Origin: Clostridia bacterium
GTDB lineage: Bacteria > Bacillota > Clostridia > RGIG6154
Length of the DNA stretch: 64,000 nt
Direction of reading: 5' to 3'
NCBI GenBank assembly: GCA_017409875.1
Contig: JAFQRW010000006.1
Coordinates: 49,717-113,716 of the forward strand
Within the stretch, counting starts at the first letter, position 1; the number at the start of each line of letters is the position of its first letter. Below are positions 37,399 through 46,586 of the stretch, one piece after another. The notes beneath the pieces are model-generated. The model was not told the DNA's origin. It worked only from the letters and a program-made list of their open reading frames with translations, and made no database searches. Both the position numbers and the translations under genes were made by a program.

Positions 37399-37962
37399 TT
37401 GAAAAAGAAAATCAAATTTAAATCAGGTAAGAAAAAGATAAGCTTTAAATATGTGTTTACCATTTCTTTTACCACGCTCATAATTGCTATTTTAATGCGC
37501 GCTGTAAGCGATGTTCTTCTTGAAAACATAGTTCTTGCATACAGCTATTTTATTTTAATGGCAATAATTCTTATTGGTATCATTTTTGATATTGTTGGCG
37601 TTGCGGTTACATCGAGTGATGATACTAAATTTCACGCAATGGCTGCCGATAAGGTGTATGGCGCAAAAGAAAGCATTATGCTTATTAAAAATGCAGAAAA
37701 AGTATCAAGCATTTGCAATGACGTAATAGGTGACGTGTGCGGCATCATAAGCGGTGCGGTTTCAACATGGATTGTGGCACAGCTTTTGATAAATGGTTTT
37801 AATAATGGAAAAGAGTGGCTTGCTCTTGCGATGACGGGAGTTGTTTCGGCACTTACTGTTGGCGGCAAAGCGCTTGGAAAGTTTTTTGCAATCAATTTTA
37901 ACTGCAATATTGTATATATGGCAGGAAAAACTATAAGATTTTTTAAATTCCGTAAAGATTGA
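37399..37962 (+). CDS. oapA: OLE-associated protein A (DUF21/CNNM-like 4-TM membrane protein)
   Basis: GIIFDIVGVA, FHAMAA, CNDVIGDVCGIISG (DxxxD), ALTVGGKALGK; immediately after OLE; TTG start after AGGAG. Confidence 0.9.
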   Translation: MKKKIKFKSGKKKISFKYVFTISFTTLIIAILMRAVSDVLLENIVLAYSYFILMAIILIGIIFDIVGVAVTSSDDTKFHAMAADKVYGAKESIMLIKNAEKVSSICNDVIGDVCGIISGAVSTWIVAQLLINGFNNGKEWLALAMTGVVSALTVGGKALGKFFAINFNCNIVYMAGKTIRFFKFRKD

Positions 37963-37978
37963 TTTTAGGAGGCAGGTT

Positions 37979-39793
37979 ATGGGCATTATTGACAGTGTTA
38001 ATTCGCCAAAAGACGTAAAAAAACTTAATAATGCCGAACTTAAGCGTTTAGCAGGCGAAATAAGAGAGCTTGTAATACAATCAGTCGCAAAAAACGGGGG
38101 ACACTTGGCTTCTAACTTAGGCATTGTTGAAATTACACTTGCGCTTTTTAAAGTGTTTGACTTGCCTGAAGATAAAATTGTGTATGACGTTGGTCACCAG
38201 TGCTATGTTCATAAAATTTTGACAGGCAGAAAAGACCAAATGCATACTTTAAGAACCTATAATGGTTTGGCGGGTTTCCCAAAAATTCAGGAAAGCGAAT
38301 ATGATGCTTTCAACACGGGACACTCGGGAAACTCTGTATCTGTTGCAATGGCAATGGCAGAAGCTAACAGACTTAATAAAAAAGATGCGTTTGCGATAGC
38401 AGTGATTGGTGATGGCTCACTTTCAAACGGATTAGCATTTGAGGGGCTTAACAATGCAGGAAGAGAAAAATCAAATCTTGTTGTTATTTTAAACGATAAC
38501 GAGATGAGCATATCAAAAAATGTGGGAAGTTTAAGCAACTATCTGAGTATGCTTAGAACTGCACCTAAATATTCAGGTTTAAAAAAGAAAATTCAAGACG
38601 GTCTGGGACAAATGAAAGGCTTAGGAACAGGTATTACAAAAGCCCTTTCTGTTACAAAGGACGGTTTTAAACATCTTTTAATTCCGGGTACGGTTTTTGA
38701 GGCACTGGGATTTACTTATGTCGGACCTATTGACGGGCATGATATTGATCTTTTGACCACGGTGCTTGAACACATTAAGACAATTAACAAACCCGTTTTA
38801 GTTCATACAATCACTAAAAAGGGCAAGGGATATGGATTTGCCGAAAATAACCCGGCGGCATATCATGGAACAGGTGCGTTTGATGTAAAAAAACCACTGT
38901 TTCTAGAACAAAAAAAAGATTCTTATGCGTATGCACTTGACGAAACATTGTGCCAGCAAGCAGAAAAAAACAGTGATATAGTTGGAATTTGTGCTGCGAT
39001 GGAGCATGCGGTGGGAATGAGCAAATTCCATAAAAATTTCCCAGACAGATTTTACGATGCGGGAATTTGTGAAGGACATGCTGTGACCTTTGCAGCAGGA
39101 ATGGCAGCATCAGGGAAAATACCGATAGTTGCAATTTATTCAACATTTATGCAAAGAGCTTATGATAATATAGTAACAGATGTTGCACTTACAAATCAGC
39201 ATGTTATCTTTTGCATGGACAGGGCAGGTCTTTCGGGAGAGGATGGCGAAACACATCACGGTATTTTTGATGTCCCGTTTATGCTTCACATCCCGAATAT
39301 GACAGTTTTAACACCCAGAAGTCCGGAGGTTTTAAAGCTTGCACTTGAAACTGCCATTAATGATATTAAAGGTCCGGTTGCTATAAGATATCCAAAATCA
39401 GGAATGTGCACACTGCCTGCGCCTGATGATATTTTTAAAGCTGAGCTTTTGCGTGAGGGTGAAAAAGTAACAGTTATTACAATGTCTAAAATGACTGAGG
39501 TTGTAAAAGACATTGAGTTTGACGGCGACCACATAAATTTAAATTCTATAAAACCCATTGATAAAGATACAATTATTAAATCTGCACTTAAAACAAAAAG
39601 AGTTATTACCGTTGAGGATAATATTATAAAAGGCGGTATGGGCGAATTGGTTGAAGATGTTTTAAGAGGGCTTGACATTTCCGTAATAAAGCTTGGAATT
39701 GATGATAAATATGTCACCCACGGCAAAGTAAATCAGCTTTTGGAAGAATTAGGTCTAAGCGCACAGGATATTAAAAAGGTGATTTTACAATGA
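37979..39793 (+). CDS. dxs: 1-deoxy-D-xylulose-5-phosphate synthase
   Basis: GGHLASNLG, DVGHQCYVHKILTGR, GDGSL..G..FE..NN, GPIDGH, YSTFMQRAYD, DRAG..GEDGETH. Confidence 0.97.
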   Translation: MGIIDSVNSPKDVKKLNNAELKRLAGEIRELVIQSVAKNGGHLASNLGIVEITLALFKVFDLPEDKIVYDVGHQCYVHKILTGRKDQMHTLRTYNGLAGFPKIQESEYDAFNTGHSGNSVSVAMAMAEANRLNKKDAFAIAVIGDGSLSNGLAFEGLNNAGREKSNLVVILNDNEMSISKNVGSLSNYLSMLRTAPKYSGLKKKIQDGLGQMKGLGTGITKALSVTKDGFKHLLIPGTVFEALGFTYVGPIDGHDIDLLTTVLEHIKTINKPVLVHTITKKGKGYGFAENNPAAYHGTGAFDVKKPLFLEQKKDSYAYALDETLCQQAEKNSDIVGICAAMEHAVGMSKFHKNFPDRFYDAGICEGHAVTFAAGMAASGKIPIVAIYSTFMQRAYDNIVTDVALTNQHVIFCMDRAGLSGEDGETHHGIFDVPFMLHIPNMTVLTPRSPEVLKLALETAINDIKGPVAIRYPKSGMCTLPAPDDIFKAELLREGEKVTVITMSKMTEVVKDIEFDGDHINLNSIKPIDKDTIIKSALKTKRVITVEDNIIKGGMGELVEDVLRGLDISVIKLGIDDKYVTHGKVNQLLEELGLSAQDIKKVILQ

Positions 39794-40587
39794 AAACAAG
39801 ACTCGATATATATCTTTTTGAAAAAGGATTTGCCGAAAGCAGAGAAAAAGCCAAAAGTATTATTATGAGCGGAAATGTTTATGTCAATAATCAAAAAGCC
39901 GACAAAGCAGGCTTTACCGTAAATGATACTGATACAGTTGAAGTAAGAGGAAAACAAAATCCTTATGTTAGCAGGGGCGGACTTAAGCTTGAAAAGGCGA
40001 TGAAGGTTTTTGATATCAGTTTAGACGGCAAGGTGTGCATGGATATTGGCGCATCAACCGGCGGTTTTACCGATTGTATGCTTCAAAATAAAGCACGTAA
40101 GGTTTTTTCAGTTGATGTGGGCTATGGTCAGCTTGCATGGAAATTAAGATGCGACGAAAGAGTCGTTAATATGGAAAGAACCAATATAAGAAATGTTACC
40201 AAAGAGCAAATCGGAGAGGAAATTGATTTTGCATCTGTTGATGTTTCTTTTATATCTTTAAAACACGTTTTGCCTGTTGCAAAAAAAATTCTGGCTGAAA
40301 GCGGAGAAATGGTATGTTTAATTAAACCTCAGTTTGAGGCAGGAAGAGAAAAGGTTGGCAAAAAAGGCGTTGTGAGGGATATTAATGTTCATTATGAGGT
40401 AGTGGAAAATATTATTTCTCTTGCAAAAAGTGAAGGCTTTTTTGTTGCAGCACTTGACTATTCTCCCATAAAAGGTCCTGAGGGGAATATTGAGTATATA
40501 ATCCACTTAAAAACGGTTGAAACAGGCAGTGATATTGATATTAAAAAAGTAGTTGATTTAAGCCACGAAAATTTGGCAGCTCTTTAA
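39790..40587 (+). CDS. tlyA: TlyA family rRNA methyltransferase
   Basis: S4-like RLD, YVSRGGLKL, DIGASTGGFTD, DVSFISL, IKPQFE, GPEGNIEY. Confidence 0.96.
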   Translation: MKTRLDIYLFEKGFAESREKAKSIIMSGNVYVNNQKADKAGFTVNDTDTVEVRGKQNPYVSRGGLKLEKAMKVFDISLDGKVCMDIGASTGGFTDCMLQNKARKVFSVDVGYGQLAWKLRCDERVVNMERTNIRNVTKEQIGEEIDFASVDVSFISLKHVLPVAKKILAESGEMVCLIKPQFEAGREKVGKKGVVRDINVHYEVVENIISLAKSEGFFVAALDYSPIKGPEGNIEYIIHLKTVETGSDIDIKKVVDLSHENLAAL

Positions 40588-40603
40588 AAGAGGAGTTTTA
40601 ATT

Positions 40604-41449
40604 ATGAAAAGAATTGCTTTGATTACAAACTTAACTCGTGACAAAGATTTAACACACACAAAAAATGTTGCAAAAAGTCTTTGTGAATTTGGTGCGCAAA
40701 TTTTTACAAACACCAAAGATGTAGAAAACACAATATATGTTGAAAATCTTGATGCGGCATTTTTAAATGCAGATTTGGCTGTTGTTTTAGGAGGAGACGG
40801 TACACTTCTTGGTGCATCTAAATATGCCGTCAAATATGATGTGCCCGTGTTAGGTTACAACATCGGCAATCTTGGTTTTCTGGTAGAGCTTGAAAAAGAT
40901 GAAAAGAGTGAGTTTTCAAGAGTATTTTCGGGTGAATACAAAGTTGAAAATAAAATGACGCTTTGTGCTGAGGTGATAAGAGACGGCAAACAAGTTTTTA
41001 AAGCCCTGGCTTTAAATGATGTTGTGGTCTCACGCGGGGCAATTCCTAAAATAACGCATTTAAGGCTTGATGTTGATGATAGCCTGGTAAGTGAGTATTA
41101 TGCAGACGGACTTATTGTTGCAACACCTACGGGGTCTACTGCGTATTCTTTGTCAGCAGGAGGACCTGTTGTGGCACCGGACCTTGACGTTATGATAATC
41201 ACCCCGATTTGTGCACATACAATAACCTCACGTCCTATGGTTATCTCAGACAAAAGCAAGGTGGCTGTGAGTGTTGACATTTATCACAGCGAGGATGTTG
41301 TGGTTATGTGTGACGGTGAGCGTGGAATTGAACTTAAAAGCGGAGATAAAGTTATTGTTACAAAAGAGCAAAGGGCGGCAAAGTTTATAAGATTTGGAAA
41401 AAGAAGCTTTTTTGATGTACTTTATAAAAAGCTTTCAGAGAGAAAGTAA
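40604..41449 (+). CDS. nadK: NAD kinase
   Basis: GGDGTLL, GNLGFL, ALND, DGLIVATPTGSTAYSLSAGGP. Confidence 0.96.
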   Translation: MKRIALITNLTRDKDLTHTKNVAKSLCEFGAQIFTNTKDVENTIYVENLDAAFLNADLAVVLGGDGTLLGASKYAVKYDVPVLGYNIGNLGFLVELEKDEKSEFSRVFSGEYKVENKMTLCAEVIRDGKQVFKALALNDVVVSRGAIPKITHLRLDVDDSLVSEYYADGLIVATPTGSTAYSLSAGGPVVAPDLDVMIITPICAHTITSRPMVISDKSKVAVSVDIYHSEDVVVMCDGERGIELKSGDKVIVTKEQRAAKFIRFGKRSFFDVLYKKLSERK

Positions 41450-41472
41450 TTATGATTTCGGAGGAGTAAAAA

Positions 41473-41928
41473 ATGTCAAAAAAGAAAAGACATGACGAAA
41501 TTTTAAGACTTATCAGCGAAAATGTAATAGAAACACAGGGTCAGCTTACTCAGCTTTTGTTAGATGAGGGGTTTGATGTTACTCAGGCTACTGTTTCAAG
41601 AGATATCAAAGAATTAAGATTGGTTAAGGTTTCAGACTATGAAGATAACTACAGATATGCTATGTCACGGTCTGAAAACCAAGCTTCAATGATGAGCAGA
41701 AATATTCAGCTTTTAAAGCATGTGATTTTAAGCGTTGAGAGTGCAAAAAACATTGTTGTAATTAAAACTTTAGCAGGCTCTGCGCAAGGATGTGCAAGCG
41801 CATTAGAGTCTATGAATTTTGAAAAAATTGTTGGTGTAATTGCAGGTGACGACACTATTTTTGCAGTTGTTCCTGATGATTTGGACGCAAATAGACTTAT
41901 CCGTAAAATAGAAGAGGTATTAAAATAA
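41473..41928 (+). CDS. argR: arginine repressor
   Basis: TQATVSRDIKEL, VGVIAGDDTIF. Confidence 0.96.
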   Translation: MSKKKRHDEILRLISENVIETQGQLTQLLLDEGFDVTQATVSRDIKELRLVKVSDYEDNYRYAMSRSENQASMMSRNIQLLKHVILSVESAKNIVVIKTLAGSAQGCASALESMNFEKIVGVIAGDDTIFAVVPDDLDANRLIRKIEEVLK

Positions 41929-43601
41929 TGCTTGGTCATTTACACATTGAAAACATAGCCATTATGGATAATGTAAGTGTTACACTTGAAAACGGCTTTC
42001 TTGCACTGACTGGTCAAACCGGAGCAGGAAAGTCTATTATCATTGACTCTATCAACCTTTTAACAGGCGAAAGAAGCTCAAGAGAGCTCGTCAAAAGCGG
42101 TAAGGATAAAGCCTTTGTTGAAGGTGTGATATACACTGATAATAAAGAAGTTTTTGAGATTTTAGCTGACAGCGGAATTGAGGCTAACGCTACAGACCCA
42201 ATTATTTTAAGCAGAGAAATAACGAAAGACGGAAGAAGCACTGTAAGAATTAACGGAAGAATTACCACTACCCACCTTTTAAAAGAGGTGTGTTCTAAAA
42301 TTATAAATATTCACGGTCAAAATGATAATCAAAGCATTTTGGATACAAAGTTTCACGGACTGTTTTTGGACAGCTTTGCAGGTCTTGAAAATGAAATTGA
42401 AGATTACAAGAAAGTTTATGATGAATTTAAGCAAACTGAAAACCTTTTAAAACAGACAGATGAAAATGAAGAACAAAAAGCACAAAGAAAAGATTTCTTG
42501 GAATTTCAGATAAATGAAATTGAACAGGCAGAACTTACAGTAGGAGAAGACGAAGAGCTATTAACCCAAAGACAACGTTTTTTAAACAATGAAAAATTTG
42601 AAGAAAGCATCAATAAAAGCTATTACTCGTTAGCAGGAGATAATGATTTTGAAGGTGCGTGTTCTTTGGTGAATTCTGCACAAAAGGGTTTAGAGGAACT
42701 TTCGCGTTTTGAACCCAAAGCAGAAGAAATACTTAATCGGATTATAGAAGTAAAATGCGAATTGGAAGACATTAAAGAGACAGTTTACGACCTTAAAAAC
42801 GATGATGAGTATTCTGAGATTGATATAAACTACGTTGAGTCAAGAATAGATGTTATAAACCGCTTAAAGCGTAAATTCGGCGGAGAAATAGAAGATATTT
42901 TAGCAAAAAAAGATGAACTTGAGACAGAGCTTAATTCAATAGAAAACAGCGATGCAAACAAGAAAATGCTAAAAGAAAAATTAGAGTTGTTAGAGCTTGA
43001 TTTAACAAAAAGAGCGGTAAAAATCGAAGCTGCAAGAAAATCGGCGGCTGAAAAACTGAAAAAAGAAGTTTCGTATCAGCTTAAAGACCTGGAAATGGAA
43101 AAGGTTGAATTTGACACCCAGATAAAAAGATGTGAGCCGGGTATGCGGGGATTTAACGAAGTTCAGTTTTTAATTTCCACCAATCCGGGCGAGCCTTTAA
43201 AGCCGCTTAACAAAATTGCGTCAGGCGGTGAGCTTTCAAGAATTATTTTAGCGCTTAAAGTGGTGCTTTCAAGTAAGGACAGCGTTTCGACCATGATTTT
43301 TGACGAGGTTGATGTTGGAGTTGGTGGCAGTGCTGCTCAAAAAATTGCAGAAAAGCTTAAAAGCATATCAAAAGACCGTCAGGTAATTGTTATAACGCAT
43401 TTGGCTCAAATCGCAAGTTTTGCAGACCACCACTATCTTATTTCAAAAAACTCTGAAAACGGTAATACGTATTCTGAAATAAACCTTTTAAACGAAAATG
43501 AAAGAATAGATGAAATTGCAAGAATTATGAGTGGCAGCGTGATAACACAGAGTGCTAAAAATACGGCAATCGAGATGATTAAAATTGCAAAAGAGTTTTA
43601 A
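41928..43601 (+). CDS. recN: DNA repair protein RecN
   Basis: TGQTGAGKSIII, IHGQ, coiled coil, ASGGELSR, FDEVDVGVGG, ITHLAQIA. Confidence 0.96.
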   Translation: MLGHLHIENIAIMDNVSVTLENGFLALTGQTGAGKSIIIDSINLLTGERSSRELVKSGKDKAFVEGVIYTDNKEVFEILADSGIEANATDPIILSREITKDGRSTVRINGRITTTHLLKEVCSKIINIHGQNDNQSILDTKFHGLFLDSFAGLENEIEDYKKVYDEFKQTENLLKQTDENEEQKAQRKDFLEFQINEIEQAELTVGEDEELLTQRQRFLNNEKFEESINKSYYSLAGDNDFEGACSLVNSAQKGLEELSRFEPKAEEILNRIIEVKCELEDIKETVYDLKNDDEYSEIDINYVESRIDVINRLKRKFGGEIEDILAKKDELETELNSIENSDANKKMLKEKLELLELDLTKRAVKIEAARKSAAEKLKKEVSYQLKDLEMEKVEFDTQIKRCEPGMRGFNEVQFLISTNPGEPLKPLNKIASGGELSRIILALKVVLSSKDSVSTMIFDEVDVGVGGSAAQKIAEKLKSISKDRQVIVITHLAQIASFADHHYLISKNSENGNTYSEINLLNENERIDEIARIMSGSVITQSAKNTAIEMIKIAKEF

Positions 43602-43610
43602 AGGAGATTT

Positions 43611-44015
43611 ATGGAAAAGGCATTTGGCAAGGTTGAAAGCATATCAGGCGATATCGCAGAGGTTTTAATTCAGCGTGGTACAATGTGCGGAGAAAACTGC
43701 TCATCATGTGGTATGTGCGAAAAAGGTAAATCTAAAATAAAGGCTAAAAATACTATAGGTGCTAAAATAGGAGATAATGTGGTTTTGAGCACAACTGTTT
43801 CTAAGGGGTTAAAGGCGGCAATGCTTGTTTACGGCGTGCCTGTGATTATTTTGGTTGTATCGACGATGCTCTTTTTAAATGCAGGCTTTTCTGAGGGGAA
43901 AGCAGTTATATTTTCACTTTTAATTATGGCTGTGTGGTTTTTGGTAGTATTTGCTGCAGAAAAAGCAGGTCTGTTTAAAAAGCATATTTTAGCTCAAATA
44001 ACTGAAATATTGTAA
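43611..44015 (+). CDS. SoxR reducing system RseC family protein
   Basis: CGENCSSCGMC, AKNTIGAKIGD, LVYGVP, two TM. Confidence 0.85.
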   Translation: MEKAFGKVESISGDIAEVLIQRGTMCGENCSSCGMCEKGKSKIKAKNTIGAKIGDNVVLSTTVSKGLKAAMLVYGVPVIILVVSTMLFLNAGFSEGKAVIFSLLIMAVWFLVVFAAEKAGLFKKHILAQITEIL

Positions 44016-44043
44016 AAAAGTCAGGAGTTTCCTGACTTTTTAT
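44014..44043. terminator. bidirectional-type terminator
   Basis: AAAAAAGTCAGGA-gtt-TCCTGACTTTTT. Confidence 0.8.
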
Positions 44044-44100
44044 AATAAAATCCAGCTTACCTGTATACAATTAGTATTAGACAGGAAGGTGGTTAAAAGT

Positions 44101-44679
44101 ATGAACAAAATACTTAAAAAGTGGGAGATAATTGGATTTATCTTTGTGGTGGCACTTGGATCGCTGGGACATTTTTTGTATGAGTGGACCGGGCAAAATG
44201 CTTTGGTAGGCAAATTTTTTGCAGCTAACGAAAGTACCTGGGAGCATTTAAAACTTTTGTTTTTCCCTTATGTGATTTTTATGATAATCCAGTGGTTTTG
44301 TATTGGCAAAAACTACAAGGGTTTTGCTTTGGCAAAACTAATTGGTGTGCTTTCAGGAATGGCAATGATTGTAATTATTTTTTACACATATACAGGCGTA
44401 ATTGGAACTTCAAACGATTTTTTTAATATTGTGATTTTTGTAGTAAGTTCAGCTTTTGCGTTTTATGTAAGCTTTAGACTTTTATCAGGCGGCGGGATGA
44501 AAGCAACACTTAAAACCTTTTCTTTAATTACATTTTTGTTGGTTGGGATATTGTTTGTTACGTTTACTGCTAATCCGCCTCAAATAAATCTTTTTAAAGA
44601 CCCTGTAACGGGAAACTACGGCACACAAAATATATCTGACGCAGCAGGTTATGAAAACTATGAAATGAAGCTTTTTTAA
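44101..44679 (+). CDS. DUF6512-like membrane protein
   Basis: GSLGHFLYEW, NESTWEHLKLLFFP, FYTYTG, PPQINLFKDPVTG. Confidence 0.75.
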   Translation: MNKILKKWEIIGFIFVVALGSLGHFLYEWTGQNALVGKFFAANESTWEHLKLLFFPYVIFMIIQWFCIGKNYKGFALAKLIGVLSGMAMIVIIFYTYTGVIGTSNDFFNIVIFVVSSAFAFYVSFRLLSGGGMKATLKTFSLITFLLVGILFVTFTANPPQINLFKDPVTGNYGTQNISDAAGYENYEMKLF

Positions 44680-44789
44680 AATATACAGAAGCATTCAAGA
44701 GAAAATTTAATAAGTAAATTAAAGGCTTTTTCACACGATTTCAAATAATGAAATTTTTGTGAAAAAGCCCTTTAAATTGGTTCAGATAA

Positions 44790-44818
44790 TTGACTTTACA
44801 GCCTCATGGGTGTATAAT
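44790..44818 (+). promoter_or_regulatory. sigmaA promoter of ABC pair
   Basis: TTGACT-N17-TATAAT; palindrome CATTAATTAATG at 44824-44835. Confidence 0.7.
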
Positions 44819-44849
44819 TTTAACATTAATTAATGCATTTGGAGGATAT

Positions 44850-46586
44850 ATGTTAAAAGAACTTTTAAAGTGCGTGGGTAAATATAAACTGCCTTCATTT
44901 TTAGCGCCTCTTTTTATAACAGGTGAGGTAGTTTTAGAGGTTTTAATCCCGCTTTTTATGGCAACCATTATTGACAACGGAATAAATGCCGGCAATATGA
45001 ATGTAGTGATTTCAACCGGTGCGACATTAGTACTTTTAGCACTTTTATCTTTGGTTTGCGGCGCACTTTCAGGGAAATATGCAGCTATAGCGTCAGCAGG
45101 ATTTGCTAAAAATTTAAGAAAGAAAATGTTTTTTAAAATTCAGGATTATTCCTTTAAAAACATTGATAAATTTTCAACTGCAAGCTTAGTTACAAGAATG
45201 ACAACTGATGTAACAAACCTGCAAAATTCATATCAGATGATTATAAGGGTTGCAGTGCGTTCACCTATAATGATGGTAACTTCGCTCATTATGGCTTTTT
45301 CGGTAAACGGCAGACTTTCACTTATTTTCTTTGCGATTTTGCCTGTTTTGGGTGTAGGACTTTATTTGATTATGACGCATGCGCATCCGATTTTTGAAAA
45401 AGTTTTTAAGATTTATGACAGGTTAAATACTGTTGTTCAGGAAAATTTAAGAGGAATACGCGTAGTTAAAGCTTATGTAAGGGAAGAACACGAAAAAGAA
45501 AAATTTAAAAAGGCATCGCAGGGAATGTTTGAGGGCTTTTCAAAGGCGGACAAACTTTTGGCGTATAACGCACCTTTAATGCAGTTTTGCGTGTACAGTG
45601 CAATGCTTCTGATTTCGTGGTTTGGTGCACATATGATTGTGCAGGATGCTTTTACTACAGGTAAGCTTGTGACTTTAATTTCTTATGTTATGCAAATTCT
45701 TCACAGCCTTATGATGCTTTCTATGATTTTTGTTATGATTACGATGTCAAGAGCATCAGCAGAAAGGGTTGTTGAGGTAATAAAAGAAGTGCCTGATGTA
45801 AAAAATCCCGAAAATCCTGTTTTTGAGGTTAAATCAGGGGAGATTGAATTTGACAATGTGTCTTTCGGATATTCTGAAAATAAAAATTGCTTAAATAATA
45901 TTAATCTAACCATAAAAAGCGGCCAGACTATAGGAATATTAGGGGAGACGGGAAGCGGAAAATCGAGCCTTGTTCAGCTTATACCAAGACTTTATGATGT
46001 AACAAGCGGAAGCATAAAAGTTGGCGGCGTTGATGTAAGAGATTACGACCTTAATGCACTACGTGACAGTGTAGCAGTTGTTTTACAGAAAAACGTACTG
46101 TTTTCAGGTACCATAAAAGAAAATTTAAGGTGGGGAAATAAACAGGCAACAGACGAGCAGATTAAAAATGCTTGCCGTCTTGCACAGGCGGATGAGTTTA
46201 TAAATACTTTCCCTGATAAATACGATACATTTATTGAGCAGGGCGGAAGCAATGTATCAGGCGGACAAAAACAAAGGCTTTGTATTGCCCGTGCGCTTTT
46301 GAAAAATCCTAAAATTCTTATTTTAGATGACTCTACCAGTGCGGTTGACACAAAAACAGATGCGGCATTAAGAAAAGCTTTCAAAGAGGCTATCCCAAAT
46401 ACAACAAAGCTTATTATTGCTCAAAGAATAGCTTCTGTTATGGATGCAGATAAAATTATTGTTATAAGCGGTGGCAAAGTTTCAGGTTTTGGAACTCACG
46501 ATGAGCTTATAGAAAATAATAAAATATATAAAGAAGTATACTATTCACAAAACAGAGGGGGGCTTAATAATGGGACCGATGCCTAG
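44850..46586 (+). CDS. heterodimeric multidrug-type ABC exporter, subunit 1
   Basis: FSTASLVTRMTTD, GETGSGKS, VSGGQKQR, degenerate ILDDSTSAVD, IAQR. Confidence 0.93.
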   Translation: MLKELLKCVGKYKLPSFLAPLFITGEVVLEVLIPLFMATIIDNGINAGNMNVVISTGATLVLLALLSLVCGALSGKYAAIASAGFAKNLRKKMFFKIQDYSFKNIDKFSTASLVTRMTTDVTNLQNSYQMIIRVAVRSPIMMVTSLIMAFSVNGRLSLIFFAILPVLGVGLYLIMTHAHPIFEKVFKIYDRLNTVVQENLRGIRVVKAYVREEHEKEKFKKASQGMFEGFSKADKLLAYNAPLMQFCVYSAMLLISWFGAHMIVQDAFTTGKLVTLISYVMQILHSLMMLSMIFVMITMSRASAERVVEVIKEVPDVKNPENPVFEVKSGEIEFDNVSFGYSENKNCLNNINLTIKSGQTIGILGETGSGKSSLVQLIPRLYDVTSGSIKVGGVDVRDYDLNALRDSVAVVLQKNVLFSGTIKENLRWGNKQATDEQIKNACRLAQADEFINTFPDKYDTFIEQGGSNVSGGQKQRLCIARALLKNPKILILDDSTSAVDTKTDAALRKAFKEAIPNTTKLIIAQRIASVMDADKIIVISGGKVSGFGTHDELIENNKIYKEVYYSQNRGGLNNGTDA

